This document shows, in pieces, positions 20,240 to 29,528 of a DNA stretch of 64,000 nt. Numbering within the stretch: the first letter of the stretch is position 1; each line of letters begins with the position of its first letter. The notes under the pieces are model-generated. The model was not told where the DNA came from, searched no databases, and saw only the letters and a list, made by a program, of their open reading frames with translations. This DNA is from Deltaproteobacteria bacterium TL4 (GTDB lineage: Bacteria > SAR324 > NAC60-12). A program made the position numbers and the translations under genes. Location of the stretch: NCBI GenBank assembly GCA_051382335.1, contig JBBCAX010000250.1, forward strand, positions 1 through 64,000, in the 5' to 3' direction.

Positions 20240-22222
20240 ATGCTTAAAAATTTAAAACTTGGCCTTAAAATAGGGGGCGGTTTTGGCCTGATTTTGATTT
20301 TGACCGCCATCATCGCCTTTATTGGCTGGAATGGCTTGGGAGGTGTTGTTGATCGCGTCCATAAGGCCGATGAGGTCAACCGCATCGTCAGGTTAATGCT
20401 GGAAACACGGCAGCAGGAGAAGAATTATATTATCAGAGGCGATCAAGCCTCTATTCAAAAAGTTCACGCTCTTGTCGCGGATATCAGAAAACAGGCGAAG
20501 GAACCCCATGAAAAGTCCACAGACCCCGTTAACAAAAAACAAATGGAGGATGTTCTGTCAGCAGTCGCCGATTATGAAACCGCCGTTTTCCGCTATGAGG
20601 AGTTGGAACAAAAAAAAAGGCAGAGTGACATAGAAATGGTTAAGAACGCCAGAAATCTCGAGGAAGTTACGGCGACCCTCCGTGCGGAACAACTAACTCA
20701 ATTTAAAACTGACAAGAGTATGGAAATTAACGATAAACTGGAAAAAGCGGAGGATGCGAATCGAATCATTGAATGGATTTTACAGGCACGGAGACATGAA
20801 AAAAACTTTTTGATTAGGGGGGATCAGGAGTATGTGACCCGTGTCAAACAACTGGTCGACAAGATTGTTGATCTAGCCTCAGTTATGAAAAACCGATTCA
20901 AAATTGTACAAAACCAACAACGGGCACAAGCGATCATTGATGCTGTGAAACAGTACCAGACCTTATTCAATACCACCATCGCCCTCATAGAACAACAAAA
21001 CAAAGTGGATCAGCAAATGGTTGACGCCGCACGTAAAGTCACGACTATCGCAACCGAAGCCGGAGCCAATCAAAAGCAAAAAATGGAAAATCAAATTATT
21101 TCAGCGAATACAATTATCATGGCAAGTACCCTACTCGCTATGATTCTTGGAATGATCATTGCTTTTTTGATTACCCGCGCCATTCTTGTCCCCGTCTATC
21201 TGACAGTTGAGGCCGCACGGAAAATCGCCAATGGTGACCTCACAGCGAGAATCGAGATCCAGCAAAAAGATGAAATTGGGGACATGGTTGAAGCATTAAT
21301 GCAAATGGTCGCTAAATTAACCGAGGTTGTGGTCCAGGTGAAAGTGGCCAGCGATAATGTCGCCGCGGGAAGTCAGGAACTCAGTTCGGCATCGGAACAG
21401 ATGTCACAGGGAGCGACCGAACAGGCAGCCGCCGTTGAGGAAACCTCCGCCTCCATGGAAGAAATGGGTTCCAATATTCAACAAAACGCGGATAATGCGG
21501 TGCAAACTGAAAAAATATCAGGCAAATCCGCAAATGACGCCAAAGAAAGCGGAAAAGTTGTAGCGGAGGCGGTGCTTGCCATGAAAGAAATCACCCAAAA
21601 GATCTCCATCATTGAGGAAATCGCAAGGCAAACTAATCTGTTGGCACTCAACGCAGCGATTGAGGCCGCACGGGCTGGAGAGCATGGCAAAGGCTTCGCG
21701 GTGGTCGCTTCAGAGGTGCGTAAACTCGCGGAACGCAGCCAGAACGCCGCTGGGGAAATAACAACCCTGTCTTCTTCCAGCGGGAAAATGGCGGATAAAG
21801 CAGGTGAGATGCTGATCAAACTGGTTCCCGATATTCAAAAAACCGCTGAATTGATACAGGAAATCAGCGCTTCCTGTAATGAGCAAAACTCAGGAGCGGA
21901 ACAGATCAATAAAGCGCTTCAACAACTGGATCAGGTCATTCAGCAAAACGCCTCAGCCTCTGAGGAAATAGCGTCTACGGCTGAAGAATTGTCGTCTCAG
22001 GCTGAAATGCTTCAAGATACGATCGCTTTCTTTAATGTGGGGCATGAGAATACGGCTGCTTCCCAAAGAACTCGTTCCCTTCATGCGGCTCCTCACGTTA
22101 CTCATCTGGCGTCCCTTGCAAAGAAAACGCTGCCAGCTCCCAGGAAAGGCGGTAAACCCCGTGGTGTCAATCTGCATCTGAAAGAAGAAAACACGAACGA
22201 TTCGGATTTCGACAGATATTAG
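20240..22222 (+). CDS. Methyl-accepting chemotaxis protein (TM, helical sensor, TM, HAMP, MA)
   Basis: [40 protein letters not shown]; two repeated periplasmic helical modules (RQQEKNY, RRHEKNF); C-terminal DFDRY pentapeptide-like tether. Confidence 0.95.
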   Translation: MLKNLKLGLKIGGGFGLILILTAIIAFIGWNGLGGVVDRVHKADEVNRIVRLMLETRQQEKNYIIRGDQASIQKVHALVADIRKQAKEPHEKSTDPVNKKQMEDVLSAVADYETAVFRYEELEQKKRQSDIEMVKNARNLEEVTATLRAEQLTQFKTDKSMEINDKLEKAEDANRIIEWILQARRHEKNFLIRGDQEYVTRVKQLVDKIVDLASVMKNRFKIVQNQQRAQAIIDAVKQYQTLFNTTIALIEQQNKVDQQMVDAARKVTTIATEAGANQKQKMENQIISANTIIMASTLLAMILGMIIAFLITRAILVPVYLTVEAARKIANGDLTARIEIQQKDEIGDMVEALMQMVAKLTEVVVQVKVASDNVAAGSQELSSASEQMSQGATEQAAAVEETSASMEEMGSNIQQNADNAVQTEKISGKSANDAKESGKVVAEAVLAMKEITQKISIIEEIARQTNLLALNAAIEAARAGEHGKGFAVVASEVRKLAERSQNAAGEITTLSSSSGKMADKAGEMLIKLVPDIQKTAELIQEISASCNEQNSGAEQINKALQQLDQVIQQNASASEEIASTAEELSSQAEMLQDTIAFFNVGHENTAASQRTRSLHAAPHVTHLASLAKKTLPAPRKGGKPRGVNLHLKEENTNDSDFDRY

Positions 22223-22266
22223 ACATCTTTCCTAAATAACCGCTGGATTTTAGCGGGTTTGTAGAA

Positions 22267-22443
22267 AGGGTGCCGCTTAAGCGAAGCGAGCGCACCACTC
22301 AAGGTAGGGTGCTTAGGGTAGGGTGCCGCTTAAGCGAAGCGAGCGCACCACTCAAGATAGGGTGCCGCTTAAGCGAAGCGAGCGCACCACTCAAGGTAGG
22401 GTGCTTAGGGTAGGGTGCCGCTTAAGCGAAGCGAGCGCACCAC
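22267..22443 (+). repeat. Tandem array of four GTAG-type REP-like units
   Basis: (GT)AGGGTGCCGCTTAAGCGAAGCGAGCGCACC-ACTCAAG repeated four times, with two interspersed GTAGGGTGCTTAGG partials. Confidence 0.9.
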
Positions 22444-22487
22444 AAAAAGAAAACACGGTAGAAAGTCTCGCGACCAGGACAGACCCA

Positions 22488-22780
22488 TCAGAAGGTTTTG
22501 GGCGTAAAATTGGCGGGAGTTTCAAGGGAAAAGACTTCATCATGGATGGCTGCCAAATACAGACCCGATTGCAGCACGTCCTCTCTCACGGAAGATTCGG
22601 TATCCACATAGACTAACATTCCCCGGATGGTTTTGTCGGAAAACTCCGGAAAAGACATCCGGAAGTTTTGCGGAGACGGGTCAGAAAGGTATCCATCCCA
22701 AAGCGTTCTGTAATGATTTTCGAGATGGAGGGAAACGCCATCCCTTCGGTGAAGGAACCAAACTTGTTATTCAAGCCTCG
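22488..22780 (-). pseudogene. Internally deleted, frameshifted remnant of a DUF3782-like protein
   Basis: One frame gives GLNNKFGSFTEGMAFPSISKIITERFGMD; another gives FRMSFPEFSDKTIRGMLVYVD..GLYLAAIHDEVFSLETPANFTPKTF*. Both resemble, from memory, the N- and C-terminal parts of this family. Confidence 0.55.
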
Positions 22781-22849
22781 GCACCTTTCAAAAATACAGA
22801 AAAGTAGAGACTGTGTTTACAGTTTAATCATAGTTACTTCTTTCTTTAT

Positions 22850-22938
22850 TTTAACGCAAAGGCGCCAGGACGCAAGGAACGCAAAGGGTTTTAAAATATT
22901 TCTTTGCGCTCTTTGCGTCTTCGCGACTTTGCGTTAAA
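22850..22938. repeat. Long imperfect palindrome built from ACGCAAAG-like units
   Basis: TTTAACGCAAAGGCGCCAGGACGCAAGGAACGCAAAG ... CTTTGCGCTCTTTGCGTCTTCGCGACTTTGCGTTAAA. Confidence 0.8.
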
Positions 22939-22965
22939 GATCGACTGTCCACTGGAAAATGAAAG

Positions 22966-23101
22966 GTGCCAAAAAACGGTCTTTGATTTACCACCTGGTT
23001 TGGGTTTTGTTCCGTAGGGGCAGACCTGTGTGTCTGCCCGGGATCAGGGCGAACACACAGGTTCGCCCCTACAATTTGTGGCCGAAAATGTGACCAACCC
23101 C
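22966..23101 (+). mobile_element. Left-truncated copy of the 160-bp MITE family (see 62104-62263)
   Basis: Near-identical to about 62128-62263, including the REP doublet at 23014-23072 and the right TIR TGGCCGAAAATGTGACCAACCCC. Confidence 0.85.
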
Positions 23102-23379
23102 GCTAAATCAGCCCATGTCATATCGAATATAATTTTTAAAAGATCATCCGGAATACTATCCTTTACAAAAAAACGGTAGTGATTAACTCGAATGACCTAC
23201 CATCGAGAAGACGACTGTTTTGAGTTGTTAGAACCCTTTCAATTCGTTCACGAGCACGAGCGCGAGCACGCCTCACGAACACGGAATCCAAGGAGTAAAA
23301 CAGGAACAATTTAAGAACGCTGGTTGACCCTTGTTTTCGTCATCCCAGCCTACAGGTGGAGTTACGCCGGGTCATAAAA

Positions 23380-25350
23380 TTAGGGAACAGTCATGGTGGA
23401 ACGGAAGAAAACTTTAAAATCCTCTGAAAGTAGTTCTGATTGATAAAGGCTGAGGTGATGCCAGTCTGACATGATATAATTCCCCGTATCATCCACGACA
23501 TCTAGCCACTCTTTCTGACCGTAGATAGCCTTTGCAGGATCCCAAATAAACACATTAGCGAAAGTATCTCGAAGTTTATCAAAGGCAAAATCCTGTCTAG
23601 AACGGGTGTGTAAATCCTGCTGCTTCGAAACCCTGCAAATACTTTCCCCAAAAAACCTTAGCTGCAAAAGGCAGGCAGGGCTGGTTGAGACCACCTTCAT
23701 AAGGGGGGTGTCTCTGATTAGAATAACTTTGACCCCTTTTTTTTGAAGATCCTTAATAGCTTCAGACGCATTTTGAAAGAAATTTTTAGTTTTCCCATTG
23801 AGCGGAACTGTCTGAGAAAGCGGGAGCTGCTGGTCTCTGGACTCGTTTAACTGGCCGCGATGAAAGGCGATCAGGACATAGTCCCCCTTTTTTGCGTTTT
23901 CCGCTATGTAGTCAAGGGTCTTCACTTTGACGTTCTGGTTATGAATGAAGCCATGGGGGAAGTCTGAAAGTTCTTCGGGATTGATGAATCTTACGGAATA
24001 CAGGGAATGAGCGAAGGCCTTTCTTGCCATGAATACCAGTTGTGCCGCATGGGAGTCTCCAATAAGGTAAATCACCGAAGGATTTTGTTGCGTTCTAGGG
24101 GCTCCGAGACAATGCTCAAGAGCCTTCGGAAATTTACGCACCGCTTCACTGCCATGACAGTCTAAGCCATCCCACCACTCAATCACCTGAGGAACCTTAA
24201 AAAAAACAGAAATGAGATTATTGGAACTGAGTCCAAGTCCTGGAAAAATGAAGATATTGCATAAAGCCAATGAAAATGCGGTGACTCCCACGTACACGAT
24301 TGTGAGGCCGTGGCTTTGGGACCAGGTGCGGTATCTCAAGGGACGTTCAATGAAGAAGTATGACAAAACGGCAAATAGGAAGGTCAGCATCAAAAGAATG
24401 ATTTTTGAATAGAAGCTTTCACCCAGGGTCCACTTGCCTAGAACGAGAAGACTCCAGTGCCATAAATACAGTGAATAAGAGATGAGCCCCATAAACACAA
24501 AAAATTTAATGGTGAGAATTTTATGGGGAATATCCCCTTGACGAAGGAAATATAAGAGCAAGGCCGTCAAGGTAACGCAAGCAATCGTGGTTAAAAACTG
24601 AATTTTATTTGGTAGAAAGAGCACAAAACAAAGAAGAATGAAAATAGCCAAGGAGTTCAACCGACCAGGATGGGAAAGCTTCCTTTTTTCAAAGGCAAGA
24701 TAGGTGAGACTGCCGATACTCAATTCCCAAAGTCGATTGGGGATCAAGTAGAAGGCCGCGTTTTCCGATAAATGACAACTGATGAGATATCCAATCAGCG
24801 AAAACGCTGTTAACAAAAGGAGGGCAAAAGTTCCCTTTGATTTTGTTTTTTTCGTTAATGTTCCAACATAACCAAGGAGTGCAAAGATTATGGGAAAAAA
24901 CAGGTAGAATTGTTCTTCCACACCTAACGACCAGGTATGAGTGAAAGGATTCAGTTGGGTAGCCAGTGAGAAATAGTCTGCTGATTTAAGGAAAAGGTAA
25001 TTATTGGAGAATCCTAATAATGCGAAAGCACCCGTTTTGAAAATAATGTCTGAAGGTCTTGTGGTTAATAAAAGAAACAGAAAACTTGTGAGTAGGACGC
25101 AGAAAAATAGGGCAGGGAATAGCCTTTTCATTCTTCTTGAATAGAATTTCACGAGATATTCTGTCCAATTCGCGGGGGATGTTCTTTTTAAATGTGAGGT
25201 AATTACAAAACCGGAGATGACAAAAAATATATCAACGCCAAGGAACCCCGAGGGCATGAGATCTTCAAAATAATGGCTGACGATTACTGCGGCAACGGCC
25301 AAGGCTCTTAAGCCATCTATTTCAGGTAGGTAGTTTCTGCGATCTTCCAT
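23380..25350 (-). CDS. Acyltransferase-3 family O-acyltransferase with C-terminal SGNH domain (OafA-like)
   Basis: IDGLRALAV, GVDIFFVISG, HTWSLGVEEQFY, SYSLYLWHW, FIERP; SGNH motifs GDSHA and DWHH; start at ATG 25350. Confidence 0.9.
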   Translation of the reverse strand: MEDRRNYLPEIDGLRALAVAAVIVSHYFEDLMPSGFLGVDIFFVISGFVITSHLKRTSPANWTEYLVKFYSRRMKRLFPALFFCVLLTSFLFLLLTTRPSDIIFKTGAFALLGFSNNYLFLKSADYFSLATQLNPFTHTWSLGVEEQFYLFFPIIFALLGYVGTLTKKTKSKGTFALLLLTAFSLIGYLISCHLSENAAFYLIPNRLWELSIGSLTYLAFEKRKLSHPGRLNSLAIFILLCFVLFLPNKIQFLTTIACVTLTALLLYFLRQGDIPHKILTIKFFVFMGLISYSLYLWHWSLLVLGKWTLGESFYSKIILLMLTFLFAVLSYFFIERPLRYRTWSQSHGLTIVYVGVTAFSLALCNIFIFPGLGLSSNNLISVFFKVPQVIEWWDGLDCHGSEAVRKFPKALEHCLGAPRTQQNPSVIYLIGDSHAAQLVFMARKAFAHSLYSVRFINPEELSDFPHGFIHNQNVKVKTLDYIAENAKKGDYVLIAFHRGQLNESRDQQLPLSQTVPLNGKTKNFFQNASEAIKDLQKKGVKVILIRDTPLMKVVSTSPACLLQLRFFGESICRVSKQQDLHTRSRQDFAFDKLRDTFANVFIWDPAKAIYGQKEWLDVVDDTGNYIMSDWHHLSLYQSELLSEDFKVFFRSTMTVP

Positions 25351-25394
25351 TTTATTTTTTATTAATTTTTTGGGGTAACGGTAGGCCCTAGAAT

Positions 25395-26266
25395 CAGCCC
25401 TTTCAAGGTGGTAAAAATAACGAATTGCAAAATTAATCAAACGCCTTATTCTTCTTCATTTTGTGCAGAGAAAAGAGGCCTGATGGAACTATAGTTTTTC
25501 ATGTAGTTAATGGCATTTCTGCCTGTTTCTTATTTTTAATAAACTCAATAATATCAGTTACTTAAAAAATAGACAGTGCGGATTCCTCCTTAGTTGGTCA
25601 GTTTGTCCTTTTTAGAGAGCGAAATGAATTGCCTAGAAATTCTATAGCACCAATATTTGATCGCTTTATTGAAGCAAGCCCTGAGACTATGATGGCAAGA
25701 GCCTTGTTAGAACAATCATTTAATCCAGAAACACTCAATGGAATTTATGCGGAAACGACCGAACTTCAATATACCCGGAAACTTTTATTTTCTACCGTTT
25801 TTGCTTTAATGCATCAGGTAGTGTTCAAGCTTCATCCATCGATTCATGCAGCGTATCAAAAAACGCCCAATAGTCAAATAGGAGTTTCATTGACTTCAGT
25901 CTATCATAAATTGAATGGCATTGAGGCCTCTACTTCATCAGCTCTTGTTCGTTACAGTGGTCAGGTCGTGTCTCCAATTATTGAAGCACTTGGCGGAAAA
26001 CGTGAAACCTGGCTTCCTGGATTTCGTGTCAAATTGCTTGATGGCAATTGTATCGAAGGAACGGAGTATCGCCTGGAAATCCTGAGAGGACTGTCTTCTG
26101 CCGCTCTTCCTGAAAAATCGCTGGTTGTTCTTGATCCAGTTCTGGCAACGGGACTTGACGTTTTTCCCTGTTTCGATGGTCATGCTCAGGAAAGAGCTAT
26201 CTTACCGGAGGTGTTTAACACCATCATGGCAAACAATATTTGGATTGCTGATCGAAATTTTTCGAG
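25395..26266 (+). mobile_element. Truncated IS4-family element (transposase N-terminal half, from 25629)
   Basis: QYTRKLLFSTVF, LLDGNCI and WIADRNF resemble the first two acidic residues of an IS4-type DDE. The frame is cut at a small TIR element. Left end tentatively placed at CAGCCCTTTCAAGGTG (25395). Confidence 0.7.
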
Positions 26267-26409
26267 CTGTGCAGGTGGTTGGAAATTAACCACGAAAAAC
26301 ACGAAATAAATGATTTTTAAATAAATGAATTCCTCCGTGAAACCCTATTTTGCAGGTTTTATTTCGTGTTTTTAGTGTTTTTCGTGGTTAAAAAAAGGTA
26401 CCTGCACAG
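26267..26409. mobile_element. 143-bp TIR-bounded palindromic element
   Basis: CTGTGCAGGT / ACCTGCACAG 10-bp TIR enclosing the palindrome AACCACGAAAAACACGAAATAAA..TTTATTTCGTG..GTGTTTTTCGTGGTT. Confidence 0.65.
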
Positions 26410-27079
26410 GTGGAATACCTTCACCCCTTTGAACCGTTGAATGACCATAATCTGATTTCTTTCAAATCGCACCGGGAGTCGTTTATCGGGGTGTCTTTAG
26501 AAGAATTATAGGGTCACGCGTCCAATTACCGTAAAAAGCATCAACTGGCTCAACAGCAAGTGACTCTGTACGCGCTGGTCCATCATGAACCGGTTCAACG
26601 GTTGAAATCGTTTAGAGGAACGGAGTCCCTGGAAGAAATCCGAAAAAATGAGATTTATGAGCTTAAGCTATCGACAATGAGTCCGGTCCGGTTTATAATC
26701 ACCCAACAAAGTCAGCATCCTCTGTTAACCTTGTTTTCCAATGATCGTGAAAAGGTGTTAACCCAGTTTCCAGAGTTTTATCAGGAGCGTGGACTGTTTG
26801 AAGAGATCAGCAGGTACCTTTACCGTTTAACCGAATATTATGGAATCGTGGAGTCGAATATGTATACCAAAGCAGATTTTTTAAGGGATAATCCCGATGT
26901 TCAATCCGTGTCCGCCTTGCTTTTCCCCAAAATCTATTATGAGGCACTGGAAAAAGGCATCTGTTCTCCCTTCCCGCATCCTCTTTCTCAGACTGCAAGG
27001 AATCGTTTCGCACGACCTGTCAGAACTCCAAAATGCGTCTTGCTCCCAGGCTGAAAAGGAGATATTCTTAAGTGAATAG
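26410..27079 (+). pseudogene. 5'-truncated pseudogene of an uncharacterised protein (in-frame TAG at 26509, probable frameshift in A-run 26951-26955)
   Basis: The frame of ORF 26560 continues upstream as VEYLHPFEPLNDHNLISFKSHRESFIGVSLEEL*GHASNYRKKH. The C-terminus plausibly continues in the 26897-27079 frame (KASVLPSRILFLRLQG..EIFLSE). Confidence 0.55.
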
Positions 27080-27362
27080 CAGCATTGACGCGTTTGAGAT
27101 TCTTTAGTAGAAATCCCTTATTTTTTTTATGGAAACCCCATGCGAATAAAGATCATCACCTTAAATTTTTCCACCAATCGCTTAAGCGCGCACCCTACAA
27201 CCCCTTCTCGGACAGCCGACTGAGTGAATAGCCCGAAAGTGAGTAGCCCTGGTGTCTTTCTTTTAAAGTCACTAAACTTCTGAAATCGAGGCTCCATGGC
27301 GGGACTTACAAAAAAGTGACACTGCGAACTATAGCCGCAATTATCAGAGACAAAAATAAAAT

Positions 27363-29528
27363 ATGCCGCAAACTTTTCAACCCAAAACACCGCATTCAAT
27401 GGTATCAGAGCAGGCTCCGTCTCCTATGGACTTCAACATAAAAGACTTATTACTTTTAAAGTCGCTGCTAAAATTGCCGGAATCCGAACAATCTCAAATT
27501 CGCCAGATCATCAAAGGGCTTCTGTATCGACAGGAGGGGCGGTTTCAAAAAAAAATGGGGCAAGCGCTGTTCCATTTACTGGAAGCCTCTGAAGCAGAAA
27601 AGGATTTTTACCAGTCCTTTCAACAACTCATGCCCTCCGAACAACAGCAAGTGGTTCAATACTTAAAGCAACTGCGGCAGCCTCTTAAAGCCTCGTCCGA
27701 AGAGGACCCCGCTGGTCCTTCAGCGTCTCAAGCCCTTCTGCCAGCCTCAGTGAAAATAAATAACGTTCTGGAGTCCCTTCCCTTGGCAGAACACGCGGAG
27801 GCGAAAGCGGTGGATGATTCTAAGGAAACGGTTTCAACGGCGGCGGAAACAGACCCGTTAGAACTCCTGAAGGAACTGGGCCTTGAACCGACGAATATTT
27901 TACCAAAGGCCCTCACCTTTAGGGAAAAATTTTCCCTTTGGAACTGGTTTCATGCAAAACAATCCCAATTCCTGGAGGGGTTCCAAATTCACCAGTTTAA
28001 GCTATTCCGAAAATCATTTGTCTGGTTGCTGCCCCTTATGCTGTTCGCGGGTATCGCCGCTGTGGATACGTTTGTCGATTTAGTGCTGTTTTGGCCAGAG
28101 GGGAAGGATCTGTCAACCTTCTTTCATCTGGACCGTCAGGCCGCCATGCAAATTTTAGCGGGAATCAACCGCTCCATGAATCAAATTCTGGGGGCCTGTA
28201 TGATCGCGCTGGTAATCGCCCTGCCTTTGATCGCTAATCTCTATACCCCGCGTCTGGTCTCGACTTTTAGCAAAGATCCCATCACCTTGATCACGTTGAT
28301 TTTGATGGTCATGAATAACGGGAATACGATCTGGACACTCTATATTTTTAACTATGTGGAGGTTCCGGTATTCCAGGTCTATTCCTGCATTCTTTTGTTT
28401 GTAGTCTGCGTCGTTATGATGATTCCCTATTTTCTCAAGATACTTCACTACCTGGACCCCTATTTTCTGATTTTGAGTCTTGAAACGGAAATCCACGAAG
28501 AATTTGAGAAACTTCAGGCAAATTCTGAATTTTCTTCTGAATCCAGAACCCATATTCTGGATCAGTTGAGCACGTTGAACAATATGATCATGAAAGGCCT
28601 GTCCCGAAATGACAGAGAAATGGCGACCGAAGGCATACGAGCGGAACACCGGATTCTGGACGCCTATGCGTCTATTAAAAAAAAGATGCCAGAGGAATGG
28701 CAAGAAATTGATTATTCTACTTTTATTGGGATGTCCACGAGGGGCGTGGAGGAAGTCACCCGGCGGCGCATCTGGTTTGAACTCTATCTGATGCATTTCA
28801 TGTTGAGAGTCTTTATCCGTTCTTTGAAAATTATGCCTGAATTGTGTTCTGCCATCTCGGAATTATTGTATCGTACCGCCATCAAATACATGAATTCAGG
28901 AGAACCGGAAACCATGCGTTTGTGTATGGTGTTCTTCAATACGTTTCTTGGGGAGGGAATCCGTAACAAGGCGACTGATTCGATTCACAATGTGTTTTAC
29001 CAATACCGCCTGTTTGCGGAGATGTCGCTTTCCATGGACAATATCATCCTTTGCGAAGCAGCGGAAAATTTCAGAAAATATTCCTGGATGGCCGCGGAAA
29101 ACAATCTGTGGCAAATCCGTGACACCGCCCTGTATGACCTGGTTCATTTGGCCTATGTCGCGAAGAATTACGCGGGAGATGAGGAAGCCTATCAAGTCCT
29201 GTGTCAAAAAATACTCGACTTTGACCCCTTCAAATATCCTGAAGAAACCAACAGCATCCTCAAAGCGCATTTGATTTTTGCCGGATTGTTAGTCTCTCAT
29301 GGGGAAGAAACGCTGCTTCAGCAGTTGTGGCCCTATTTTTACAAAATTCCCAAAGAACGGTTACAAATCTATTATACCGATCTACTGATCTACAACGAAA
29401 AAATTCAACCCGAAATCACCGACCGTTTCGTGAGCTCCGCCTATTTGAGTGAGGAACAGAGCCTCCTGGTTCGTGAAGTATTCCAACTCCTCGGCATCAC
29501 CGGAGGCGCCTCATGTCCAGCACCATGA
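27363..29528 (+). CDS. DUF2254-like membrane protein with N-terminal soluble extension
   Basis: Several TM helices, ALPLIANLYTPRLVSTF motif, then a helical cytoplasmic domain; paralog of the next gene. Confidence 0.65.
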   Translation: MPQTFQPKTPHSMVSEQAPSPMDFNIKDLLLLKSLLKLPESEQSQIRQIIKGLLYRQEGRFQKKMGQALFHLLEASEAEKDFYQSFQQLMPSEQQQVVQYLKQLRQPLKASSEEDPAGPSASQALLPASVKINNVLESLPLAEHAEAKAVDDSKETVSTAAETDPLELLKELGLEPTNILPKALTFREKFSLWNWFHAKQSQFLEGFQIHQFKLFRKSFVWLLPLMLFAGIAAVDTFVDLVLFWPEGKDLSTFFHLDRQAAMQILAGINRSMNQILGACMIALVIALPLIANLYTPRLVSTFSKDPITLITLILMVMNNGNTIWTLYIFNYVEVPVFQVYSCILLFVVCVVMMIPYFLKILHYLDPYFLILSLETEIHEEFEKLQANSEFSSESRTHILDQLSTLNNMIMKGLSRNDREMATEGIRAEHRILDAYASIKKKMPEEWQEIDYSTFIGMSTRGVEEVTRRRIWFELYLMHFMLRVFIRSLKIMPELCSAISELLYRTAIKYMNSGEPETMRLCMVFFNTFLGEGIRNKATDSIHNVFYQYRLFAEMSLSMDNIILCEAAENFRKYSWMAAENNLWQIRDTALYDLVHLAYVAKNYAGDEEAYQVLCQKILDFDPFKYPEETNSILKAHLIFAGLLVSHGEETLLQQLWPYFYKIPKERLQIYYTDLLIYNEKIQPEITDRFVSSAYLSEEQSLLVREVFQLLGITGGASCPAP

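Noticed and set aside
22267..22443. Possible CRISPR array
   Set aside because: Units are separated by constant linkers rather than unique spacers, there are no cas genes, and the same unit occurs as an inverted doublet elsewhere, which is REP behaviour.
22323..22937. ORFs 22323-22616 and 22668-22937 (also 19830-20012, 38568-38900, 38674-38868, 48791-48991, 61977-62416)
   Set aside because: They are read through palindromic repeats or antisense to a pseudogene and show no protein-like features.
26509..26511. In-frame TAG as pyrrolysine or recoding
   Set aside because: The same gene is also 5'-truncated and apparently frameshifted, and no other gene in the window shows internal stops. Decay is the simpler explanation.
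28155..28796. Long antisense or alternative-frame ORFs (e.g. 28155-28796, 50615-51178, 58550-59002)
   Set aside because: They are shadows of well-supported genes and have no motifs.
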